From positions 32,001 to 96,000 of the forward strand of contig JBGATO010000004.1 of assembly GCA_044229145.1 (NCBI GenBank): a stretch of DNA of 64,000 nucleotides, written 5' to 3'. The position numbers and the translations under genes are program-made. How positions within the stretch are numbered: position 1 is the first letter of the stretch; every line of letters starts with the position of its first letter. Below are positions 30,836-40,062 of the stretch, piece after piece. The notes under the pieces were generated by a model. That model did not search any database. It worked only from the letters and a program-made list of their open reading frames with translations, and was not told where the DNA came from. Source of the stretch: Candidatus Eiseniibacteriota bacterium (GTDB lineage Bacteria > Eisenbacteria > RBG-16-71-46 > CAZEPH01).

Positions 30836-31743
30836 AGGATCGACTTTCCCAGCGCGGACAGCACGAGTTCGCTGCCCAACTCCGCGGTTTCGTTGCCGCG
30901 ATCGAGAATCGGATTCACTTCGACCACGTCCATCGCGATCAGGCGTCCGGTCTCCGCGACCATCTCCATTGCCAAGTGCGATTCGCGGTAATCGAGCCCG
31001 CCCTTCACCGGCGTGCCGACGCCGGGCGCGATCACCGGATCGATGCCGTCGACATCCAAACTCAGGTGCACACCGCAGGTGCCGTTCAGCACGTACGCCA
31101 ACGCTTCGTCGATCACCTCGCTGATCCCGCGCCGGTCGACGTCGCTCATGGTAAACGCGTGCACACCGGAGGCACGCACGATCTCCTTCTCGCGCTCGTC
31201 GAGTTCGCGGATGCCGACCAGCGCGACGTTCTCCGGCCGCACCTTCGGCACCATGCCGCCGAGCAGCGCGAGTTCGTCGGGTCCGTGCCCCAGGATCGCG
31301 GCCAACGGCATCCCGTGGACGTTGCCACTGGTCGACGACTCGGGCGTGTTCATGTCGGCATGCGCGTCGATCCACAGCACGCCGATGCGCTCGCCACGCT
31401 CGGCACGCGCCGCCGCGACACCACCGATCGAACCGGCCGCCAAGCTGTGATCGCCGCCGAGCGACAGGGCGATGACGTCGTGCATCGCCGCTTCCTTCGT
31501 CAAGTCGAACAGCCGCTGGCAGACCGCAGTGATCTCGCCGATGAATCGCTTCGAGGTGTCGCCTTCGCGCGAGGTTTCCGGCAACGGCACCGGCACATTG
31601 CCGCGATCGCGCACTGCGTACCCCAGCGCTTGGATGCGCTCGGTCAAATGCGTCAGACGAAACGCGCTCGGCCCCATGTCTACCCCACGCCTGCCGGCGC
31701 CGAGGTCGAGCGGCACGCCGATGATGTCGACGGATCGTTTCAT
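30832..31743 (-). CDS. rocF: Arginase
   Basis: GVDMGPSA, LGGDHS, WIDAHADMN, SGNVHGMP, SLDVDGIDP, EVNP. Confidence 0.95.
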   Translation of the reverse strand: MKRSVDIIGVPLDLGAGRRGVDMGPSAFRLTHLTERIQALGYAVRDRGNVPVPLPETSREGDTSKRFIGEITAVCQRLFDLTKEAAMHDVIALSLGGDHSLAAGSIGGVAAARAERGERIGVLWIDAHADMNTPESSTSGNVHGMPLAAILGHGPDELALLGGMVPKVRPENVALVGIRELDEREKEIVRASGVHAFTMSDVDRRGISEVIDEALAYVLNGTCGVHLSLDVDGIDPVIAPGVGTPVKGGLDYRESHLAMEMVAETGRLIAMDVVEVNPILDRGNETAELGSELVLSALGKSIL

Positions 31744-31890
31744 GGGCGACAGTGTAGCCTGCCGCGCGCGCGACGGTGAGGGGAAAACCACGGGACGCCC
31801 CCGGGAGATGGTCTGCCGGCCGCGATGGCACGCAGCGAACCGGCGGAAAGCGAAACGGGCGGCTCCGCTGAGCCGCCCGTCGTGCGCCGC

Positions 31891-32397
31891 CTAGACGGCG
31901 AACAAGTGATCGCGCAGTTCGACGCCGCGCGCCAACTCCGTCACTTTCTGACAGAGAAGCCCACATCCACCGCGAAACGACGGATCGTGAACCGACACCT
32001 GAATCAAGTGGCCGACGATCTTCACCAGCTCGTCCGCCCGCTGAATCATCTCGAGATCCGCGAGCGCGATCCGGGAGGCCTCTTCCTGCCGCGTATTCTG
32101 GCTATCGAAAAAGGCAGTGTAGCCGGTGGGCACGTCGGTCACCGAGTCGATGGCACTGCGGAGTCGTCGCAGTCCAAGATCGAACTCGTCCGCGGTGCCA
32201 TTCAGCCCGTCTCCGTGCACGGCGCGGAAGTGCAGGAGCTCCTTGGCGCAAGCCGACAGCCGCAGCGCGACGTAGGAGCGAATGCGCTTGTCGTCCAAGC
32301 GGCGCTCCTCGCGCTTCTTGTAGCCGGCGTAATCGTGGATAACGGCGCCGATACGCGCCACGGGCGTCCCGCCCTGTCCACGCTGCTGGGTATTCAC
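31891..32397 (-). CDS. Hypothetical alpha-helical protein
   Basis: GTG after GGAGG; coding-like composition; YAGYKKREERRLDDKRIR, PTGYTAFFD. Confidence 0.65.
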   Translation of the reverse strand: MNTQQRGQGGTPVARIGAVIHDYAGYKKREERRLDDKRIRSYVALRLSACAKELLHFRAVHGDGLNGTADEFDLGLRRLRSAIDSVTDVPTGYTAFFDSQNTRQEEASRIALADLEMIQRADELVKIVGHLIQVSVHDPSFRGGCGLLCQKVTELARGVELRDHLFAV

Positions 32398-32581
32398 GTT
32401 CGATCCTCCCGCACCATGCGAGATCGGCAAGGTCCCGGGCCACGCCGGGACATCTCGCGGCCGCCGTCCACGGCGGCGTGGGTCCGTCCATGACCGCGAT
32501 GGCATCTCCGCGACCGCAGCTACAATCGGCGGGGCCTGCTGGACGGTTGAGGAAAAAGGGCGCGGGGAGGCCGGACATGCG

Positions 32582-32616
32582 AAAGCGCGCCGTCGCCGGA
32601 TAGGCGGACGGCGCGC
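32582..32616 (-). terminator. Putative intrinsic terminator of the ABC exporter operon
   Basis: GCGCGCCGTC ... GACGGCGCGC stem followed by TTT on the minus strand. Confidence 0.5.
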
Positions 32617-32638
32617 TGATTCGCGCGGCGACTGAGAG

Positions 32639-33946
32639 CTAGGCGCGCACCCAGCGAAGGATCTCGGGCAGCGTTACCCGCTTGCCATACAACAAGATAC
32701 CGATGCGGAACAGCTTCGCCGAGAGCATCAAGGCCATCGCCGCACCGCCCAAGACGATGAGGAGGGACACTGGAAGCTCCCACCAGGCCAGTCCTCCGCC
32801 GGTCATGCGCAGCATCATCGCCAGCGGTGCCGTGATCGGTACGAACGACAAGGTGCGCGCCAAGGTGCCGTTCGGATCTTCGAGGAACGACCCGAGCAGA
32901 ATGAACGGCAGCATGGTGAGCATGGTCCACACCCACGTGATCTGCTGGCTCTCGCGGGCACTGTTGCCCAACGAGCCGAATCCCAGCATCAGACTTCCAT
33001 ATTGGAAGTAACCACCGAGGAAAAAGAGCAGGCAGCCGAGCCACACGTGCACCGGCACGTGCGCCGAAGTCGCATTGGAGATGAGCAGCGGCAATCCTTG
33101 CGCCGAGAACAGCAGTCCCCCGCCGATCCAAATGGCAAGTTGCAGCAACGCCGCGCCACCGAGCCCGATCATCTTGCCGGCGAACAATTCGGGAGGGCGC
33201 ACGGAGGACAGCAGAATCTCCATGACGCGATTCTCCTTCTCCTCCGCCACACCGAGCAGAAGGGTCGTACCACTCCCCATCATCGAGATGACGAGCAGGA
33301 CGCCGAACAACAGCGGCACGAGGAAGGCCGTGACGCGATCGCCCTTGGCGCGCTCCGCGAATTGTCCATCGTCCTGCAACTCGACGACGCGAAGTTTCTT
33401 CGCGGCAATCGGCGAGACGGCGCGTTCGAGCACTTCCGAATCGACGTGCCCCGCGAGCACCGCCCGGCGCAGGAGACGGTCGAACGCGGCCCGCTCCGAA
33501 TCGCCGTCACGCGCCACCGATTCCTTGGGACCGAACCGGAACGCGGTGCCGGAGGCCATGAAAGTGTCGGGGAGAACGTAGAACGCGCTCACCTGACCGC
33601 GATTGAAGGCGATGCGTGCGGCGGTGGTGTCGGGAAATCCCACGAACCGCATGGAGCCGACACTGACCATCCGCGCGCCGCCAGCGGGCACGACGGCGCT
33701 CAGCGCGGACGAGTCCGGCGGGGGCGCGCCCACGAGCGTATCCGAGAACGCGACTTGCGCGGTCTGACTCACGATTCCGATGGTCGATCCTGCCGCGGCC
33801 TTGCGCTTCGCGTTGATCGTCGGCACGGTCACGACCAGCCCGTAGAGCGCGACGAACAGCGGCATCGCCAGGGTCCAGATCAGGAAGCTCTTGCGGCAGA
33901 CCGTCGACACGAACTCGCGACGCGCCACGACTGCAACGCGGTTCAT
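32639..33946 (-). CDS. ABC-2 type exporter permease (NatB-like)
   Basis: VARREF N-terminus, VAEEKENRVMEILLSS, multiple TM helices. Confidence 0.88.
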   Translation of the reverse strand: MNRVAVVARREFVSTVCRKSFLIWTLAMPLFVALYGLVVTVPTINAKRKAAAGSTIGIVSQTAQVAFSDTLVGAPPPDSSALSAVVPAGGARMVSVGSMRFVGFPDTTAARIAFNRGQVSAFYVLPDTFMASGTAFRFGPKESVARDGDSERAAFDRLLRRAVLAGHVDSEVLERAVSPIAAKKLRVVELQDDGQFAERAKGDRVTAFLVPLLFGVLLVISMMGSGTTLLLGVAEEKENRVMEILLSSVRPPELFAGKMIGLGGAALLQLAIWIGGGLLFSAQGLPLLISNATSAHVPVHVWLGCLLFFLGGYFQYGSLMLGFGSLGNSARESQQITWVWTMLTMLPFILLGSFLEDPNGTLARTLSFVPITAPLAMMLRMTGGGLAWWELPVSLLIVLGGAAMALMLSAKLFRIGILLYGKRVTLPEILRWVRA

Positions 33947-34842
33947 GGCCGATCCTCCTTGACGATCTGGATGAAGATGTCTTCGAGCGGGGTCATTGCC
34001 ACTTCGAAGCTGCGACACTCCCGTCGCTGCGCGGCGAGGTCGGCCATGAAATCGCGCGGCGTCATGCCGGACTGCAGGCGGACCTTTTTGTGTTCTCCGA
34101 GCGGCGCGGCCTCAGCCACCGTGGACAAGCCCGACACATCCGTGCCGGAATCGACGATCACCGCATCCTCGGAATACTGCCGGCGCACCTCCGCCACCGC
34201 TCCATCGAGGACAACGCGGCCGTGATTGATCATCACGACATCGTCGGCCAAGGTTTCCGCGTGGAACATCTGGTGGGTCGAGAGAATGATCGCCCGGCCC
34301 TCGCGCCGGTGCTCCCGAATCGCATCCTTGACCAAGCGCGTGTTGACCGGGTCCAGACCCGACATGGGTTCGTCGAGGACGATCAACTCCGGTTCGTGCA
34401 CCAACGTGGCGATCAGCTGCACCTTTTGCTGCATCCCCTTCGACAGCGTCTCCACCTTCTTGTCCGCGCAATCGGCAAGGTCGAACCGCTCGAGATACCG
34501 CATCGCTCGGGTGCGGGCGTCCGCCGGAGCGACGCCCTTCAACGCGGCGAAGTACTCGAGCACCTCCATGACCTTCTGCTTGCGATAGAGTCCGCGTTCT
34601 TCCGGCAAATAGCCGATCCGGTTCGGCAGATCGGCCGTGCGGGGAAGGCCATTGAACGTGATCGTCCCGCGATCTGGCTCGGTGATACCCATCATCATGC
34701 GGATGAGGCTCGTCTTCCCCGCCCCGTTCGGTCCCAGGAGAGCGAGCACCCGGCCGGCCGGGACCGACAGAGTGACGTCGCGGACGGCGTCTTTGCCATC
34801 GTACGACTTCGACACATGGTCGACTTGCACTGCCAACATCAT
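33943..34842 (-). CDS. ABC exporter ATP-binding protein (NatA/YhaQ-like)
   Basis: GPNGAGKT, IGYLPEERGLY, LSKGMQQK, LDEPMSGLDP. Confidence 0.92.
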   Translation of the reverse strand: MMLAVQVDHVSKSYDGKDAVRDVTLSVPAGRVLALLGPNGAGKTSLIRMMMGITEPDRGTITFNGLPRTADLPNRIGYLPEERGLYRKQKVMEVLEYFAALKGVAPADARTRAMRYLERFDLADCADKKVETLSKGMQQKVQLIATLVHEPELIVLDEPMSGLDPVNTRLVKDAIREHRREGRAIILSTHQMFHAETLADDVVMINHGRVVLDGAVAEVRRQYSEDAVIVDSGTDVSGLSTVAEAAPLGEHKKVRLQSGMTPRDFMADLAAQRRECRSFEVAMTPLEDIFIQIVKEDRP

Positions 34843-35224
34843 GAATTCCCCCACAGCCCCAGCGCACTTGGCCCGAGTCGTCTCGCCGCCACCCTGGCTC
34901 CGCGATCGGCGGATGGTGGGCGGACGCCTCTGCCGCGTCAAGTTACGCGCAAACGGCGGCGCGGCGCGGGAGGTTTCGTGCCCTCGCAGCATCGAATGTT
35001 AGGCGCACCTCACTTTCGATGCGCAAAAACCGACACGAAAGGGTGAATTCCTGGATCGCTCCGGACATTCCTGGCAGACTTTGTGGGAACCACGGCGAAA
35101 GGGCCTGTGTACCAGGACCGTTGCCAGTCGCGAACTGGCACACCGAAACCCCGCCAGCGGAGCCCATCGGGGGAACCAGGCTCCTCAGGCCGCAACGCTT
35201 CTTTGCCCCCCATGGAGGTGATCA

Positions 35225-35827
35225 ATGTCTCGGCACTTTGCGATCGGAATGATGGTGGCGGCGGCGCTCGTCGGCTCGGCTGCCCTGGTGCAGGCTTCGG
35301 TTCCGGACCCGGCGCACTCGTCGGTGGCGTGGGCGGGCCCGTTCAACGGCGCCTGTACGTTCCCGGTGCTTTGCTCCTCGGGTGACGTTTCGGCGACCAT
35401 CAACGTCACGGTGAAGGACCAGTTCGGTTCCGCGATGTCCGGTATCGCCGCCAACGAAATCGACGCCGAAGGCACTTGCGTGCTCGGCGGCGGCTCGCCC
35501 TGCTCGCAGCAGGTGAGCGTTCTGGCCAGCGGCGCCACCAACGGCTCCGGCGCCACCACGATCGTCATCGCGAAGGCCGGCGGCTGCTGCGCCGACCTCC
35601 GTGTCGTCGCCCGCGGTGTCATCCTCGCCACGCTCAGCTACCGCTCGTACGACTACACGGCGGACCTGCGCACCGACCTGTCGGACCTCGGCTTCCTCGC
35701 CGACACGTTCAACAAGCTGCTCGGCAACGCCGGCTACAACGCTTGCTTCGACTTCAACTGCGACAACAAGGTCGACCTGTCGGACCTCGGCTTCTTCGCG
35801 TCGCACTTCAACCACGCCTGCGTGTAA
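35225..35827 (+). CDS. Secreted Cys-rich protein with C-terminal dockerin/EF-hand-like duplicated motif
   Basis: GGAGGT RBS; signal peptide; DYTADLRTDLSDLGFLA and DFNCDNKVDLSDLGFFA. Confidence 0.75.
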   Translation: MSRHFAIGMMVAAALVGSAALVQASVPDPAHSSVAWAGPFNGACTFPVLCSSGDVSATINVTVKDQFGSAMSGIAANEIDAEGTCVLGGGSPCSQQVSVLASGATNGSGATTIVIAKAGGCCADLRVVARGVILATLSYRSYDYTADLRTDLSDLGFLADTFNKLLGNAGYNACFDFNCDNKVDLSDLGFFASHFNHACV

Positions 35828-35880
35828 GCTGTCGGCGGAGTTGAAGGACCATCGGAAGCGCGCAGGTGCGGGAGAGATCA

Positions 35881-36507
35881 ATGCGTAAGATTGGCATATC
35901 GCTCGTCACCTGCGCGCTTTTCGTTGCCCCGGCAGTGGCCCTTGCAGGCGCCAATGCCGGGGCAACGGCATATCTCTCCTGGGCGGGGCGCTCGACGAGC
36001 GATCTTCCCTCGCCGGGCGCGACTCAAATCGTCAACGTGGTGTTCGACCGCGTGACGTCGTTCAAGGGTGGCGAGTTCGTCATCGTGTGGACACCTGACA
36101 CCGGTTGCACGACCGGTTCGGGGATGGATTTGGCGAGTTATCGCGCCCCCACCGCATCGAAGGGCGCGTGCACGAATCTCAACCTTCCCGGGACCGAAGG
36201 GATCTCGGCCCTGGAGGTGTCGCGCGTTGCCGGCGTGGCGCACTACGCGTGGGCCTGCCCGACCGCGAATACCTCCTGCACGTCGGGTATCGGCTTCTCT
36301 CTCACCTTCGACTTCACCAGCTGCCCGAACGCCGGCGGCTGCATGGGACTGCAGGCCGTGCAGGTCATCGACGACAAGAATGAAATCGACACGGTGAGCA
36401 TCAAGGGCGATGGCCTCACCTTCCGCGGTGGCAGTGCGGGTGACTGCAGGCCTGGCCCCCGCGGACGCACCTGGGGCAAGATCAAGTCCATCTACGGTCG
36501 TCGCTAG
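35881..36507 (+). CDS. Secreted Cys-rich beta-sandwich protein ending in TWGKIKSIY
   Basis: Signal peptide MRKIGISLVTCALFVAPAVALA; beta-strand pattern; C-terminal RTWGKIKSIYGRR. Confidence 0.75.
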   Translation: MRKIGISLVTCALFVAPAVALAGANAGATAYLSWAGRSTSDLPSPGATQIVNVVFDRVTSFKGGEFVIVWTPDTGCTTGSGMDLASYRAPTASKGACTNLNLPGTEGISALEVSRVAGVAHYAWACPTANTSCTSGIGFSLTFDFTSCPNAGGCMGLQAVQVIDDKNEIDTVSIKGDGLTFRGGSAGDCRPGPRGRTWGKIKSIYGRR

Positions 36508-36552
36508 CGCGACGCTGCTGCCGCGTGCGCGGCGGCGTGGTAGGATGCCCCC

Positions 36553-37938
36553 ATGTCGTCGTCCGCCGTGGACGCTCCCCGCGTCCTCCTCGTCAATCCC
36601 GACACGGAAGAAGGCCGCTACCTCTACCTGGTGCTCGGCGACCGGGGCTTCGAGGTGTTGTGGGCGCACGATGGCGAGAGCGCGTTCGATGTCCTCGACC
36701 GTGAACCGGTCGCCGCCGTCGTCAGCGAATTGCAGGCGCCGCGCATCGATGGCCTCCGCATCCTCGAAGTCGCCCGTGCCCGCAATCCCGCGGTCAGCGC
36801 GATCTTCCTCACCGCGTCCCCTTCGCTCGAGCGCACCACCGAGGCAATGCGGGCCGGCGCCTACGATGTCCAGACGCGCCCCGCCAACGTCGACAAGCTG
36901 CTCGCCGTTCTCGATCGCGGCATCAGCCACGAACGCCTGATCCACACGGTCAGCGACCTGCAATCACGGCTCGACGCGAAGTACGGCTTCGCCGGGTTGA
37001 CGGGGCGCTCCGCGCAGATGGTCGCGGTGTACGAACGGATTCGTCAGCTCGCCCCCACACGCGCCACCGTCCTCCTCGTCGGTGAGACTGGCACGGGGAA
37101 GGAACTCGTCGCGCAGGCGATCCACCAGAATTCCCCGCGCAAGGACGCCCCGTTCGTCAAGCTGCACTGCGCGGCGCTCGCGGAGGGCGTCATCGAGTCC
37201 GAATTGTTCGGGCACGAACGGGGTGCGTTCACCGGCGCGGTCTCGGCGCGCAAGGGACGATTCGAAATCGCCGATGGCGGCACCTTGCTGCTCGACGAAA
37301 TCAGTGAGATCACCCCTGCGATCCAGACCAAATTGCTGCGCGTATTGCAGGAACACGAATTCGAGCGCGTCGGGTCGAACCGGCCGGTGCGCGTGGACGT
37401 GCGCTTGATCGCGGCCACGAACCGCGACCTCGCCGACATGGTCGCCCTCGGCGCCTTCCGCGAGGATCTTTTCTATCGCCTCAACGTCGTGCGCGTCGAT
37501 CTGCCACCGCTGCGCGAGCGGCGTGAAGACGTCCCGCTCTTGGTCGACGCATTCGTGCGCGACGCCAACGCCGAGCACGAGAAGCAGGTGCGAGGCCTGA
37601 CGCGCGCGGCCATGGACGCATTGATGGCGCACTCCTGGCCCGGCAACGTGCGCGAACTGCGCAATTGCATCGAGGGCATGGTGGTTCTGGCCGGCGCGCG
37701 GCGCACGCTCGACGTCGGCGACTTGCCGCTCGCGCTGCGTCATGCACGCGAACCCGGATCCTTCAACGTCCGCATCGGCACGTCGTTGTCGGAGATCGAA
37801 CGTACCGCGATCGTCGAGACCTTGGTCGCGTGCGGACAGGACAAGCGCCGCGCGGCGCACACGTTGGGGATTGGGCTCAGCACGTTGTACCGCAAGCTGC
37901 ACGAGTACGGACTCCACGACGCACTTCACTCCGCGTGA
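36553..37938 (+). CDS. Sigma54-dependent NtrC-family activator with atypical receiver domain
   Basis: GETGTGKE, ESELFGHERGAFTGA, LLDEI, DLFYRLNV, WPGNVREL, Fis-type HTH. Confidence 0.92.
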   Translation: MSSSAVDAPRVLLVNPDTEEGRYLYLVLGDRGFEVLWAHDGESAFDVLDREPVAAVVSELQAPRIDGLRILEVARARNPAVSAIFLTASPSLERTTEAMRAGAYDVQTRPANVDKLLAVLDRGISHERLIHTVSDLQSRLDAKYGFAGLTGRSAQMVAVYERIRQLAPTRATVLLVGETGTGKELVAQAIHQNSPRKDAPFVKLHCAALAEGVIESELFGHERGAFTGAVSARKGRFEIADGGTLLLDEISEITPAIQTKLLRVLQEHEFERVGSNRPVRVDVRLIAATNRDLADMVALGAFREDLFYRLNVVRVDLPPLRERREDVPLLVDAFVRDANAEHEKQVRGLTRAAMDALMAHSWPGNVRELRNCIEGMVVLAGARRTLDVGDLPLALRHAREPGSFNVRIGTSLSEIERTAIVETLVACGQDKRRAAHTLGIGLSTLYRKLHEYGLHDALHSA

Positions 37939-40025
37939 AAGCGCTCCTCACCGCCCTTCTCGTCCTGCTCGCCGCACCGGCCGTTGCCGCACCGGCCGAT
38001 GCCGTCCGTGCGGATTCACTGTGGGCAACCTTGCGCGCCTTGACCGGCGACGTGCCGGTGGCGCTCGACGACAGCACGGTCACGATCGACACACGCTTCA
38101 CGCCGACGGTCGGTTACGACCGCGCGGCGCGCTTCCTCGCCGCGCGCTGTGCAGCCTGGGGCTACACCGTGTCCCGGGAGTACTTCGTCCCGGCAACGTT
38201 GACGGCGCTGGACATCCGGCCGACGTCGGCCTGGGTGGCCGGCCTGCCAGTGAGTTCGGCGCCTCCTACCCTCGCGCGCTCGCGCGACGGCGGCGACACG
38301 TGGCTGTCGGCTCCAACTCCACCGCCGCTGTCGCGCATCTTCGCCGTCCTCGGCGGGGGCGGCGACACCGTCGTGGTCGCGGGTGCCACCGTCGACGATG
38401 ACAGCAGCGCGGTCGCGTGGAGCCCCGACGGTGGGCACACGTGGGATGCGCAGAGCGACCGGCCGGGCGTGTTCTACGCGATGACACGCGCGGGATCCCG
38501 CACCTGGGTGTGCGGCGAGAACGGCGCGATCCTGATCAGCGATGACGGCGGCCGGACGTGGTTGCGCGAGACCGTGCCCGCCTCCGGCACGATCTACGGC
38601 ATCGCGGCGGCCAACGACAGCACCGTGTGGGCGGTCGGCGCGGCGGGCACGGTGTTGCGTCGGAGCGGAACGCCGGGCGCGTGGCACACCGTGGCACTCG
38701 GATTCGTCGACGCGTTGCGTGCGGTGACGTTCGCCGACTCCCGGCATGGATGGATCGTCGGCACCAATGGGATCACCACGTCGACACGCGACGGAGGCGC
38801 GACGTGGACGTTGAGCGGTGTCGGCAACGCGGTGCTCACAACGGTCGTCGCGCGCGACAGCCAGACGGTGTTCGCCGCTGGCTTTTCCGGCGCGTTTCTG
38901 CGGAGCACGTCCGGCGGCCAGCAATGGACGAGCGTGGCGAGCGGCACCACCGGCGACCTCTACTCGCTCGCGCTCGGCGGGGCGCAGGGTGACAGCCTGT
39001 GGCAAGCCGGGAGACAGCGGCTCGCGGTATCGGCGGATGCCGGCTCCATGTGGAGCACGCGGAATTCTGCGTTGCAGTCGGGATGGTTCTCCTTGGTCGC
39101 GGCGCGCCCGGGCACAGCACCCGCGAGCGGCAGCGTGCTGCTGTGCGGCCATCTCGACTCGCACTCCGAAACTCCGTGGACGCGTGCCCCCGGCGCGGAC
39201 GACAACGCGAGCGGCAGCGCGTTGCTGCTCGAGGTCGCACGCGTCCTCGCCGTGCCCGCCACGCCGCGCGCTCTGCACGTCGTGTGGTTTGGGGGCGAAG
39301 AAGACGGTCTGTTGGGATCCACGGCGCGCGCCGCGGAACAGCGGGCCGCGCACGATTCGCTCGCGTTGGTCGTCGACTGCGACGAGGTCGGGCGCGGGAC
39401 GTCGATGACCGTGTACGGCAACGCGCTCTCCGCCCCCGATCTCGACTCCGTCGTCGCGATTGCCACGCGTGCTGCGCCGAACCTGCCATTGCTCGCCGCG
39501 GTGGACCCAACGTATCGCGGCAGCGATCAGGCGCCGTATTGGGATCAAGGTTATCACGCCGTCTCCTTCGTCGAGTCGGCGTGGCGCGACAACCACGACA
39601 TCGAATCGACGCGCGATTCGCTTGGCGCGGTCGACACCAGCTTGGTCGTGCGGCTGGCGCGCGTGGTGGCGGAGGTGGCTGCCGCTTATCTCTCGCCTGC
39701 GTCGACCGCCGCGCCGGAACTACCGCCGGACGCCACCAGTCCGTCCGCGGCAGGCCGCGTCACGGCGCTGACGATTCGCCGCATGGCCATGCGCGCGACC
39801 GTGTCGGTCCCGTACGCGACGCAGGCGACTTTGACGCTCTTCGATCCGCGTGGGCGACGCGTCGGCACCGTGTCCGGAGTTCCGCTGCGTGCCGGGACAC
39901 ACACGCTGGATGTCCCGATCGACGTTCACGCCGCACGCGGCGTGTATCTCTGGCGACTCGACGCCGCAGACGATGCCCCGCAGCGTTGCACGACGACATC
40001 CGGACGCGCGGTGGCCATTCGCTGA
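37935..40025 (+). CDS. Secreted M28-family peptidase with inserted YCF48/BNR propeller and FlgD/T9SS-like tail
   Basis: SxDGGxTW repeats; CGHLDS, PGADDNASG, GEEDGLLGS; LTLFDPRGRRV...GVYL. Confidence 0.82.
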   Translation: MKALLTALLVLLAAPAVAAPADAVRADSLWATLRALTGDVPVALDDSTVTIDTRFTPTVGYDRAARFLAARCAAWGYTVSREYFVPATLTALDIRPTSAWVAGLPVSSAPPTLARSRDGGDTWLSAPTPPPLSRIFAVLGGGGDTVVVAGATVDDDSSAVAWSPDGGHTWDAQSDRPGVFYAMTRAGSRTWVCGENGAILISDDGGRTWLRETVPASGTIYGIAAANDSTVWAVGAAGTVLRRSGTPGAWHTVALGFVDALRAVTFADSRHGWIVGTNGITTSTRDGGATWTLSGVGNAVLTTVVARDSQTVFAAGFSGAFLRSTSGGQQWTSVASGTTGDLYSLALGGAQGDSLWQAGRQRLAVSADAGSMWSTRNSALQSGWFSLVAARPGTAPASGSVLLCGHLDSHSETPWTRAPGADDNASGSALLLEVARVLAVPATPRALHVVWFGGEEDGLLGSTARAAEQRAAHDSLALVVDCDEVGRGTSMTVYGNALSAPDLDSVVAIATRAAPNLPLLAAVDPTYRGSDQAPYWDQGYHAVSFVESAWRDNHDIESTRDSLGAVDTSLVVRLARVVAEVAAAYLSPASTAAPELPPDATSPSAAGRVTALTIRRMAMRATVSVPYATQATLTLFDPRGRRVGTVSGVPLRAGTHTLDVPIDVHAARGVYLWRLDAADDAPQRCTTTSGRAVAIR

Positions 40026-40062
40026 ACCCGGCGGCCGTTCCATCACGGAGGAGGACAGAACG

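Noticed and set aside
35010..35220. Riboswitch in the lower-GC spacer before the dockerin-like gene
   Set aside because: Only a GAAA loop-like stretch and a short GGGAACCA repeat; no complete c-di-GMP or other consensus is visible.
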